NCBI GenBank assembly: GCA_027491415.1
Contig: JAOZFH010000014.1
Span: 1-32,908, forward strand
Reading direction: 5' to 3'
DNA: 32,908 nt
DNA from: Thermoproteota archaeon
GTDB lineage: Archaea > Korarchaeota > Korarchaeia > Korarchaeales > Korarchaeaceae
Position numbers and translations under genes: made by a program. Of this stretch, positions 25,164 to 32,908 are shown piece after piece (the first letter of the stretch is position 1; every line of letters begins with the position of its first letter). Below the pieces are notes generated by a model, which saw only the letters and a list, made by a program, of their open reading frames with translations, had not been told where the DNA came from and searched no databases.

Positions 25164-27128
25164 TTGAGCGGGGGTGGCCGAGCCAGGTCAAAGGCGCGGG
25201 GTTTAGGACCCCGTCCCTCAGGGGTTCGTGGGTTCGAATCCCACCCCCCGCACCACCTGATCGCGATCTCTCTCCTGATTCTGATCGCCCCCTCCCTCTC
25301 CCCCGCGGGAGCGCCAGGGTTCCCCCAGGCCGGTGGGTGCCTCCGCCCGAGCTACAGGATGAGGGTGGAGATCTCCCCATCCCTCGACGCCGTGTCCGGC
25401 TGGGAGCAGGTCACGTGGCAGAACTGCGAAGGGGAGGCCGTGAGCGAGGTACACCTGAGGCTGTATCCCAACGCCTTCTCGTCGAGCGGCGGACAGATTG
25501 AGGTGCTGTCGGTGTCCTCACCGGGAAGGAACTCGACCTCTGGCGTCGGGGGGCCCGATGACACTGTCCTAGAGGTCTCCCTTGACCCCCCCGTGGCACA
25601 TGGGGAGAGGGTGACCATCGAGATCGAGTTCACGGTCCACGTCCCGGAGGTGGACGACAGGTTCGGCCGCAGCGAGGGGGTGCTCGCCCTGGGAAACTGG
25701 TTTCCGATACTCTCCGTGCTGAGGAACGGGTCTTGGGTGGATCACCCTTACTTCCACGACGGGGAGTGCTTTTTCAGCAAGTCGTCCGACTTTCTCGTTG
25801 AGCTCGTGGTTCCAGGTGACCTAGTGGTTGCGGCCACGGGTGAGCTGACCTCGGAGAGCCGGCTGGGAGATGGAAGGGTCGTTCAGATGTGGGTGGCCCA
25901 CGGGGTGAGGGACTTCGCGCTGGTCGCGAGTCCCCGCTTCGAGGTCTCGCGGGAGAGGGTAGGAGGGGTGACCGTATACTCCTACTACCTGCCCGAGCAC
26001 GCCGAGGGAGGGAAGAGAGTCCTAGAGTACGCCGTCAACGCGATACGCGTCTTCAGTGAGCACTTCACGCCCTACCCCTTCTCCGCCTTCCGGGTGGCGG
26101 AGGTGCACGGCTGGTTCGGCGGGATGGAGTACCCCCAGCTCATCATGGTGTCCAGCTCGTTCTACGAGGGCGACGAGCGGACGCTCGAGATGATCGTAGC
26201 GCATGAGACGGCGCATCAGTGGTGGTACTCCCTCGTGGGCAACGATCAGTGGGAGGAGCCGTGGCTCGACGAGTCACTGGCGGAGTATTCACAGATCCTC
26301 TACTTTGAGTGGGTCTACGGTCCGGAAAATGCAGAGATGGCATTCTGGGACTTCGTGGGGAACCCCTACAGGTTCTACATCGACTCGGGAGAGCCGGCCC
26401 TGCCTGTCGCGGTCAGCGTCGGCGAGGTCTCCGACGCCCCCGGGCGGTACAGGGCGGCGGTGTACCTGAGGGGCGCCTGGGCCCTGAGGATGCTGCGCGG
26501 GATCCTGGGGGACGAGTCCTTCTTCCGTGCGCTGAGGGTGTACGCGGAGGAGAACGCCTTCGGCGTGGCCACCGGCGAAGACCTCGTATCGGCGTTCGAG
26601 GAGTCATGGGGCGGGGATCTCGACTGGTTCTTCGAGGAGTGGGTGTACTGGGGGTGCGTCCCGTCCTATCGGGTGGCCAGGGTCGGGAGGGTAGCCGAGA
26701 GGTCTTGGATGGAGGTGTACCAGTCCCTCGAGGGCTGTGACGGCGGCGCCCCGAAGTCAATGCCAGTCGAGTTCGAGGTGGACCCCTGCGGACGGGTAGA
26801 GTCCTGGATCAACTCCACCTGGGCGAACGTGAGCCTCCCGGAGGGCTGCGAGCCCGAGGTCGTGTTGCCTGACCCAGACGACGAAATCCCTGGGGCAGAC
26901 TTCGGGTGGTCGGCTCGGAGCGACGGCGTCCCTGCGACGCCGGGAGGTTGTTCGCCCGGCGGGAGCTCATCTAGGGAGTGGACATCGCCGGTCTCTATGG
27001 TCCTGATCCTCTCGGGGACGGCGCTGACCCTGGCCTTCGCGATCTGGCTGGGCAGGACCAGGTCGAGGGCCTCGTCGGAGTCGTGGCCGAGTCAGGAGGA
27101 GGTGGATGGTGCGGCCGCCGGGATTTGA
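25164..27128 (+). CDS. M1-family zinc aminopeptidase, probably secreted and C-terminally membrane anchored; start uncertain
   Basis: GGMEYP, HETAHQWW...WLDESLAEY (HExxH-x18-E), VYLRGA; hydrophobic N segment LIAISLLILIA and C-terminal TM. Confidence 0.85.
   Translation: MSGGGRARSKARGLGPRPSGVRGFESHPPHHLIAISLLILIAPSLSPAGAPGFPQAGGCLRPSYRMRVEISPSLDAVSGWEQVTWQNCEGEAVSEVHLRLYPNAFSSSGGQIEVLSVSSPGRNSTSGVGGPDDTVLEVSLDPPVAHGERVTIEIEFTVHVPEVDDRFGRSEGVLALGNWFPILSVLRNGSWVDHPYFHDGECFFSKSSDFLVELVVPGDLVVAATGELTSESRLGDGRVVQMWVAHGVRDFALVASPRFEVSRERVGGVTVYSYYLPEHAEGGKRVLEYAVNAIRVFSEHFTPYPFSAFRVAEVHGWFGGMEYPQLIMVSSSFYEGDERTLEMIVAHETAHQWWYSLVGNDQWEEPWLDESLAEYSQILYFEWVYGPENAEMAFWDFVGNPYRFYIDSGEPALPVAVSVGEVSDAPGRYRAAVYLRGAWALRMLRGILGDESFFRALRVYAEENAFGVATGEDLVSAFEESWGGDLDWFFEEWVYWGCVPSYRVARVGRVAERSWMEVYQSLEGCDGGAPKSMPVEFEVDPCGRVESWINSTWANVSLPEGCEPEVVLPDPDDEIPGADFGWSARSDGVPATPGGCSPGGSSSREWTSPVSMVLILSGTALTLAFAIWLGRTRSRASSESWPSQEEVDGAAAGI
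25168..25255 (+). tRNA. tRNA-Leu(UAG), encoded CCA, no intron
   Basis: GCGGGGG acceptor, anticodon arm CGGGG-TT-TAG-GA-CCCCG, long variable arm, GGTTCGAATCC, ACCA end. Confidence 0.95.
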
Positions 27129-27203
27129 ACCCGGGTCTGGAGCGCTCCGCGCCTCGAGAGGCTTGGCAGGCTCCCATCCTAGACCAGGCTAGACTACGGC
27201 CGC
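27107..27203 (-). tRNA. tRNA-Gly(GCC) with 19-nt intron at 37/38 (27145-27163), encoded CCA
   Basis: GCGGCCG acceptor, GGAGC-CT-GCC-A[AGCCTCTCGAGGCGCGGAG]C-GCTCC, GGTTCAAATCC, ACCA; full bulge-helix-bulge. Confidence 0.95.
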
Positions 27204-27259
27204 CCGTTCCCCCGAATCACCATGATCGATATAAAAGCTTGTCGAGGGTCTCGGGAGCG

Positions 27260-27937
27260 GTGCTGACCGTACTGCTGGCCGAGGCCTCCCTCGAACTCAT
27301 ACCGAAGAGGCTGCGGCGAGATAGGAGGGTCGTCAAGGCGGCGGCCCGGAGGGGCAAGGATCCCAGCGAGATGCTCCTGGACTCCTCGTACCTGGGGCCG
27401 GACCTCGTGAGGAGGGTAGACACATCCGGGAAGAGGGGGAGGCCGGACGTGGTCCACAGGTCCCTGCTCGCGCTCACGGACTCGCCTCCCTGGCGCGAGG
27501 GGTGGCTCCGCATCTACCTCCACACGGTGGGGGGCAGGATATTCGAGCTTGAGCCGGGACTCAGGCCCCCCAGGAGTTACAATCGCTTCGTGGGCCTGAT
27601 GGAGGCGCTCCTGCGGGATGGGAGGGTTGGTCCCCAAGACAGGCCCCTCATAAGGGAGTTAGACCTCTCCCCCGCGGAGCTGGTGGGGAGCATAAATCCC
27701 GACCTCGTGATGGGACTTACGGCGAGCGGGGGCCTCGCAAATCCACTAGAGGTTTTGGACCCCGGACTCGAAGAGGTGGCGGTCGTAGGCTGCTTTCCCG
27801 TGGGTGATTTCTCGGAAGAGATCAGGGGGCTCTTTGATTCAGAGGTCAGTCTCTACGAGGGCGTCCTCTCCGCCTCGGCCGTGGCCTCAGCCGTCGCGTG
27901 GGCCTACTACATCGTGAGGAGGTGGGGTGGCCGGTGA
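27260..27937 (+). CDS. nep1: Nep1/Emg1 16S rRNA pseudouridine N1-methyltransferase (SPOUT)
   Basis: LAEASLELIP, LLDSS, KRGRPDVVH, RPPRSYNRFVGLM, VG.FP.GDF. Confidence 0.92.
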   Translation: MLTVLLAEASLELIPKRLRRDRRVVKAAARRGKDPSEMLLDSSYLGPDLVRRVDTSGKRGRPDVVHRSLLALTDSPPWREGWLRIYLHTVGGRIFELEPGLRPPRSYNRFVGLMEALLRDGRVGPQDRPLIRELDLSPAELVGSINPDLVMGLTASGGLANPLEVLDPGLEEVAVVGCFPVGDFSEEIRGLFDSEVSLYEGVLSASAVASAVAWAYYIVRRWGGR

Positions 27938-28308
27938 GGAGGGCCGTCAGGCGCAGCAAGCAGAGGGAGAGGAGGATAGCGAGGGAGCGGATCGTATGGC
28001 TCCTCACTCTCGCCGACGCGGTCGCACCCGAGAGGCCAGATCTAGCCAAGAGGTACGGCGAGCTGGCCAGGAGGATATCGCTCAGGGCGAGGGTCAGGAT
28101 CCCGCGGCGGTGGAGGTGGAGGTACTGCAGGGAGTGTAAGTCCTACCTCATCCCGGGGGTGAACGCGGCGGTCAGGACCAGGCCCAGGAGGATGCCGCAC
28201 CTGGTGATCCGCTGCTTGGAGTGCGGGGCGATCACTAGGAGACCCTATCTGAGGGAGAAGAGGCGGAAGCTAAGGTTTAAAATGCCGGCCGAGGGCCGGC
28301 CTGAGTGA
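27934..28308 (+). CDS. rnp4: Ribonuclease P protein Rpp21
   Basis: IARERI..L, CREC...CLECG zinc ribbon, RRPY. Confidence 0.93.
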   Translation: MRRAVRRSKQRERRIARERIVWLLTLADAVAPERPDLAKRYGELARRISLRARVRIPRRWRWRYCRECKSYLIPGVNAAVRTRPRRMPHLVIRCLECGAITRRPYLREKRRKLRFKMPAEGRPE

Positions 28309-28339
28309 GGTAAGCCGCCAGCCGGAAAAGGTGATCGGC

Positions 28340-28792
28340 TTGCCGACGGCACGGGACGTGAGGGCAGACTTGCTGATAGATCGGGTCGCCGAGGAACTCA
28401 AGAAGCTCGAGGAGATCAAGCCGCCCGAGTGGGCGTCCCTGGTGAAGACCGGGTCGCACAAGCAGAGGCCGCCGCAGCAGGAGGACTGGTGGTACATCAG
28501 GGCCGCGTCGGTGCTGAGGACCGTCTACCTGCACGGGCCTGTGGGCGTCGAGAGGCTCAGGACCAAGTACGGCGGCAGAAAGGACAGGGGAGTCAGGCCG
28601 GAGCACTTCAGGAAGGCCAGCGGGCACATAATCCGGCTGATACTCCAGCAGTTGGAGGAGGCGGGGCTCGTCGAGAAGGTGCCCGGGAGGGGCAGGAAGA
28701 TCACGAGGAAGGGCGTAGCCCTGCTCGACAGGAAGGCGGCTGAGATCCTCAAGGGGCAGGGGCTGGTGCCCGGGAGGGTTGTGGCCCCGTGA
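28340..28792 (+). CDS. rps19e: 30S ribosomal protein S19e
   Basis: [33 protein letters not shown]; TTG 28340 or GTG 28331. Confidence 0.98.
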   Translation: MPTARDVRADLLIDRVAEELKKLEEIKPPEWASLVKTGSHKQRPPQQEDWWYIRAASVLRTVYLHGPVGVERLRTKYGGRKDRGVRPEHFRKASGHIIRLILQQLEEAGLVEKVPGRGRKITRKGVALLDRKAAEILKGQGLVPGRVVAP

Positions 28793-29127
28793 GCGCCGAG
28801 GATGAGGAGCTGAGGAGGATTCAGGAGCAGCTTCAGGCCGAGATGCTGGCCAGGCAGAAGGAGCAGAAGGAGGAGGAAGAGAGGAGACTACTCGAGAAGC
28901 AGAGGATAGACGCCCTAGTCCGGCAGCTCCTCGACAGCGAGGCGTGGGCCAGGCTCAAGCGGCTCGAGATGGTGAAGCCCGGGCTGGCCGACGAGGTGAA
29001 GATCTACCTCGTCCAGCTGTACACGTCCGGCAGGCTGACCAGGAGGCTGAGCGACTCCGAGCTCAAGGCCCTCCTGGCCAGGATCGCGAAAAGGTCGAGC
29101 TCAGATTTCAGGATCAGGATAATGTAA
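28789..29127 (+). CDS. PDCD5/TFAR19-like DNA-binding protein
   Basis: DEELRRI, LRQ-like [19 protein letters not shown]; conserved position after rps19e. Confidence 0.9.
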   Translation: MSAEDEELRRIQEQLQAEMLARQKEQKEEEERRLLEKQRIDALVRQLLDSEAWARLKRLEMVKPGLADEVKIYLVQLYTSGRLTRRLSDSELKALLARIAKRSSSDFRIRIM

Positions 29128-29149
29128 TGTGATCGCGAGGTGTTGTGGA

Positions 29150-29302
29150 GTGGCGAGGTATCGTCCGCTTGCGTCGAAGCTCAGGTACGCCAGCGCGATG
29201 AAGTCCAACAGGAGGATTCCGATCTGGGTGTACATCCGGACCATGAGGGGAGTCAGACCGCGTCCGCTCAGGAGCTGGAGGAGGAGCAGGCTCCAGCTGT
29301 GA
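29150..29302 (+). CDS. rpl39e: 50S ribosomal protein L39e
   Basis: Too short for the ORF track; manual translation MARYRPLASKLRYASAMKSNRRIPIWVYIRTMRGVRPRPLRSWRRSRLQL; GAGGTG SD. Confidence 0.93.
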   Translation: MARYRPLASKLRYASAMKSNRRIPIWVYIRTMRGVRPRPLRSWRRSRLQL

Positions 29303-29318
29303 GCGGGAGGTGGGTTGA

Positions 29319-29618
29319 ATGGAGGAGTTCAGGGACACCCTCTCGAGGGACTCCGACGAGGGTTACCTCACGCTCAGGCTCGGGAGGATAATCAGGGAGA
29401 AGTACCCCCCAAAGAGGAGAGCCTCCAGGGCGGTGAAGGTCATAGCGCAGGAGGTCCGAAGGAGGCTAAGGCTCGACGACGAGTTTGAGGTGAAGGTGGA
29501 CCCCGAGCTCAACGAGATGATCTGGAGTCGGGGGGCGGGGAACCCCCCGAGGCTGATCAGGGTCTACGTGAGGGTTGACCGCGAGGAGAAGGTGGCCACG
29601 GTCGCCCCCGCGAGGTGA
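29319..29618 (+). CDS. rpl31e: 50S ribosomal protein L31e
   Basis: RRASRAVK.I, VDPELNEMIWSRG..NPPR.IRV. Confidence 0.93.
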   Translation: MEEFRDTLSRDSDEGYLTLRLGRIIREKYPPKRRASRAVKVIAQEVRRRLRLDDEFEVKVDPELNEMIWSRGAGNPPRLIRVYVRVDREEKVATVAPAR

Positions 29619-30295
29619 GGGGCGACTTGCCCATCGAGAGGGCCAAGCTGGAGGGCAGCCCCGGCCTGGGAATATTTGCCAGGGTCGTCGGGAGGGCCGC
29701 CTTCGTCCCCACAGGAACCGCCAGGAGGTTCAGATCTCAGCTCGAGGAGGTTCTGGGCGCAAGGGCCGTTGAGGTGAGCCTCTACGGCTCTCGCCTAGTC
29801 GGAGTCTTCATGGCGGGAAATGGCGAGGTGGTCCTGCTCCCGTCGATCGTCAACCCAGCGGAGGTTGAGGCCGTCGAGGAGTCCGATCTCCCGACGCACG
29901 TCTTGGACGTCAGGCTGACCGCACTCGGGAATGTGATACTCGCCAACAGCTACGGGGCCGTTGTTCACCCTGAGTTCCGCGACTCCGAGCTGGAGCAGAT
30001 CTCTCGGGCGCTCGGCACCCCGGTAAGGAGGGGGACCATAGGCGGCGTGGGCGTCGTCGGCTCGCTGGCGGTTGCAACAGACAGGGGGGTGCTGGCCTCC
30101 CCTGACCTCACCGACGAGGAGGCCAGGGTCATAGAGGATGTCCTGGGGGTTAGGGTCCTCAGGGGCACGGTGAACGACGGGGTCAGGTACGTGAGGACTG
30201 GCATGCTGGCCAACGACTCCGGCGCACTGGTAGGCTACCCCACCACCCCACTTGAGATAGACGTGATAGCCGAGGCCCTGGGCCTGGAGCCCTAG
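29615..30295 (+). CDS. eif6: Translation initiation factor 6 (aIF6)
   Basis: SRLVGVF, ALGNVILAN, VGSLAVAT..G, GTVN.G, AND.GALVG..TT. Confidence 0.95.
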   Translation: MRGDLPIERAKLEGSPGLGIFARVVGRAAFVPTGTARRFRSQLEEVLGARAVEVSLYGSRLVGVFMAGNGEVVLLPSIVNPAEVEAVEESDLPTHVLDVRLTALGNVILANSYGAVVHPEFRDSELEQISRALGTPVRRGTIGGVGVVGSLAVATDRGVLASPDLTDEEARVIEDVLGVRVLRGTVNDGVRYVRTGMLANDSGALVGYPTTPLEIDVIAEALGLEP

Positions 30296-30381
30296 CTCAG
30301 CCTAATTATCCCGGCCTTGGGGGCCCGGGCAGGTCGCGACGCCCAAGTGATCAAGCCTTTAACTATGGGCGAGCGGGGTGC

Positions 30382-30804
30382 ATGGGATCGAGGTTGAGCG
30401 AGGCAGGTCAGGGGAGGCAGGCTGACGTCGAAACCCTGCAGGCCATGTATCAGGCCCTGATGGATGCCAGCAATCGCCTAGCCGTGCAGATCGCCGATCT
30501 TCAGGGCGCCATTGAGACGCTGGGCATCCTGGAGAAGGTAGACGAGGGGGAGAAGTTCGGCCCGTTCCTCTTGCCGGTTGGCGCGTTCCTCATGCTGAGG
30601 GTCCCGGGGGCGCTGGCCGACAAGGTCCTGGTCAACCTCGGCGGGAACGTCTACGCGGAGATGGATCCAAGGGGGGCGAAGGAGGAGCTGACTAGGATGC
30701 TGGAGGAGTCGAGACAGGAGCTCGGTAGGGTGCAGGCGACCCTCAGGCAGATAGAGGCCCAGCTGACTCAGGCCATTAGCCAATCTAGCCGTAGGGGTAG
30801 GTAA
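30382..30804 (+). CDS. pfdA: Prefoldin alpha subunit
   Basis: Coiled coil, LLPVG...KVLVNLGGNVYAE, coiled coil; position after aIF6. Confidence 0.88.
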   Translation: MGSRLSEAGQGRQADVETLQAMYQALMDASNRLAVQIADLQGAIETLGILEKVDEGEKFGPFLLPVGAFLMLRVPGALADKVLVNLGGNVYAEMDPRGAKEELTRMLEESRQELGRVQATLRQIEAQLTQAISQSSRRGR

Positions 30805-30889
30805 GATCCCCGCCCGCCGCGGCGGCTAAGCTCCACCTGTCAGCTCCCCGTTATATTTTACGCGCGACGGAGGGCGCGGGTGATCCCGC

Positions 30890-31828
30890 TTGAGGTGGGG
30901 TTGGGCGCTCAGGTCCCTCAGGGGGAGGGACTTCCTCACGCTGTCCACCGTAACCCCCGCGGAGTTCAGGGCTCTGGTCGACAGGGCCATGGCGCACAAG
31001 AGGGGGCTCGTGGCCGGCAAGCCCCTCGACGGCATGGTCGTGGCCGGGATATTCGAGAAGCCGAGCACCAGGACCAGGGTCTCCATGGGAACGGCCTGCG
31101 CGCACCTCGGGGCCACCTTCATGACACTCCCGGTGGAGGCCCTTCAGGTCTCCAGGGGAGAGACCCTCAGGGACACCGCCACCGTCCTCAGCAGGTACGT
31201 CAACGCCGTAGCCGCCAGGGTGAAGAAGCACGAGACCCTCGAGGAGCTGGCCAAGTGGGCCGACGTGCCCGTGATCAACATGCTGAGCGACCGCTACCAC
31301 CCGCTGCAGGCCCTCGCCGACGTCATGACCATCGTGGAGAGGTTTGGGGACGAGCGGGTCAAGGTGGTCTTCGTGGGCGACGGCGCGGCCAACACGAGCC
31401 ACAGCCTCATGCTGGCTTCCGCCCTTATGGGCTACGACCACGCGGTCGCCGCACCAAAGGGATACTGGCCCGACAGCTCGGTGGTCAGCAGGGCCCTTGA
31501 GATCGCCTCAGAGACTGGGGCCACCATCGAGATCTACGAGGACCCGGTCAGGGCAGTCCACGGTGCCGACGTGATATACACGGACACCTGGGTGTCCATG
31601 GGCGTGCAGGATGTCGAGGAGCGCATGGAGGTCTTCCCGCCCTACCAGGTGAACGACGAACTCCTCAAGCACACCTCAGAGCGGGCCATCGTGCTGCACT
31701 GCCAACCCTGGTTCCTAGGTCAGGAGATAACCGAGAGCGTGGCGTATGGGCCAAGGTCCGCCGCGTTCGACCAGGCTGAGAACAGGCTCCACACCGCAAA
31801 GGCGGTTCTGGAGGCTCTCTTGGCCTAG
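30890..31828 (+). CDS. argF: Ornithine carbamoyltransferase
   Basis: FEKPSTRTRVS, HPLQALAD, DTWVSMG, HCQP, QAENRLH. Confidence 0.9.
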   Translation: MRWGWALRSLRGRDFLTLSTVTPAEFRALVDRAMAHKRGLVAGKPLDGMVVAGIFEKPSTRTRVSMGTACAHLGATFMTLPVEALQVSRGETLRDTATVLSRYVNAVAARVKKHETLEELAKWADVPVINMLSDRYHPLQALADVMTIVERFGDERVKVVFVGDGAANTSHSLMLASALMGYDHAVAAPKGYWPDSSVVSRALEIASETGATIEIYEDPVRAVHGADVIYTDTWVSMGVQDVEERMEVFPPYQVNDELLKHTSERAIVLHCQPWFLGQEITESVAYGPRSAAFDQAENRLHTAKAVLEALLA

Positions 31829-31837
31829 CGCTAGGTC

Positions 31838-31853
31838 CGCAAAACCTTATATA
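31838..31853 (+). promoter_or_regulatory. rRNA operon promoter (BRE + TATA)
   Basis: CGCAAAACCTTATATA about 240 nt upstream of the 16S 5' end. Confidence 0.75.
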
Positions 31854-32089
31854 GCGTCCCCCCCTTTCCTCTACTTGCCGCGACATCCCGGTCGCGGGCC
31901 CGAGGGGTGAAGGGTGACCCCCTGACCGGCTGAGGGCCCGTCGATTCCGGTCGCGGCGACAAGTGACGATAAGTGGCCATGTGAGCGCGAGGAAAAGGGC
32001 CTCGCCCGACCCCTCGCGCTCGAGAGAGTCCGGGTGTCCCGCGTATAGAGGCAGGGCGGATCGGAGAGGCCTTGCGGCCGCTCCTGAGA

Positions 32090-32908
32090 GACCGGTTGAT
32101 CCTGCCGGAGGGGACCCCTAGCGGGCTCGCACTAAGCCATGCAAGTCGGCTGGGGGCCATTCCGCCCCTGGCGGCGCACGGCTCAGTAATACACGGTCAA
32201 CCTACCCTGGGGACCGGGATAACCTCGGGAAACTGAGGCTAATCCCGGATAGGGGCCGGGTACTGGAATGTCCCGGCCCCGAAAGTAGGCGGGGGGAGCC
32301 CCGCTGAGGCCCCAGGATGGGACCGTGGCCTATCAGGTAGTAGGTGGGGTAACGGCCCACCTAGCCTGAGACGGGTGCGGGCGGTGGGAGCCGGAGCCCG
32401 GAGATGGGCACTGAGACAAGGGCCCAGGCCCTAAGGGGCGCAGCAGGCGGGAAACTTCCGCAATGCGCGAAAGCGTGACGGAGTGAGCCCGCGTGCCGCC
32501 CGCTGAGGGCGGCTGTCCCCGGGTGTAAACAGCCCGGGACAGGAAGGGGAGGGCAAGGCTGGTGCCAGCCGCCGCGGTAAAACCAGCTCCTCGAGGGGTC
32601 CCCACGCATACTGGGCCTAAAGCGTCCGTAGCCGGCCCCGCAAGTCCTCGGTTAAATCCACCGGAAGACCGGTGGGCTGCCGGGGATACTGCGGGGCTAG
32701 GGAGCTGGAGGGGCCGGGGGTATTCCGGGGGGAGCGGTAAAATGCGTAGATCCCCGGAGGACCACCGGTGGCGAAGGCGCCCGGCTGGAACGCGTCCGAC
32801 GGTGAGGGACGAAAGCTGGGGGAGCAAACCGGATTAGATACCCGGGTAGTCCCAGCCGTAAACGATGCCGGCTAGGTGCCGGCCGAGGTTTCGGCCTCGG
32901 CCGGTGTC
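32090..32908 (+). rRNA. rrs: 16S rRNA, 5' portion, truncated by window end
   Basis: CCGGTTGATCCTGCCGGA, CTAAGCCATGCAAGTC, GTGCCAGCCGCCGCGGTAA, GGATTAGATACCCGGGTAGTCC; exact 5' end approximate. Confidence 0.99.

Noticed and set aside
25168-27203. Integrative element between two tRNAs
   Set aside because: No integrase, no duplicated tRNA 3' end, and composition like the surrounding genes.
26978-27259. N-terminal extension of Nep1
   Set aside because: Crosses the peptidase end and tRNA-Gly; Nep1 similarity starts at GTG 27260.
29140-29391. 83-aa ORF between PDCD5 and L31e
   Set aside because: The real gene is L39e in another frame (29150-29302).
30296-30381. Possible small RNA between aIF6 and prefoldin
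   Set aside because: Only a weak inverted repeat and AT patches that are explained as a promoter; no recognisable boxes.
31831-32837. ORFs in the rRNA leader and 16S
   Set aside because: Chance ORFs in GC-rich structural RNA; no 16S intron seen in the visible part.
1-32908. CRISPR arrays, IS elements, inteins, defence genes
   Set aside because: No spaced direct repeats, transposase motifs or oversize insertions in conserved proteins were seen by eye.

Overview
GC-rich (roughly 60-65% by eye), very gene-dense core-genome segment of a thermophilic archaeon, most likely Korarchaeia (16S signature, intermediate EF-1alpha indel, fused EndA with a crenarchaeal-type loop). It holds about 38 CDS: thermosome, a purine nucleoside phosphorylase, PGK, GAPDH, EF-1alpha/S10, L3-L4-L23-L2-S19, archease, Rqc2, three CBS proteins, DGGGP synthase, EndA, Hjc, MetAP, TsaC, Kae1, Cmk, DeoC, a MoxR AAA+/vWA pair, an M1 peptidase, Nep1-Rpp21-S19e-PDCD5-L39e-L31e-aIF6-prefoldin and OTCase. 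There are also three tRNAs (Ser-UGA, Leu-UAG, intron-containing Gly-GCC) and the 5' part of a 16S rRNA. I saw no CRISPR array or mobile element. The strongest unexplained signal is a canonical -1 frameshift cassette (G_GGT_TTT plus a GC hairpin) at the end of the MoxR AAA+ gene that puts it in frame with the downstream vWA gene. Other leads are a peptidase ORF that runs through or into two flanking tRNAs, an EMC6-like membrane protein with an extra domain, a CBS array co-oriented with rqc2, and a perfect 14-bp hairpin holding the rps10 stop codon. All calls come from motif recognition without database searches.
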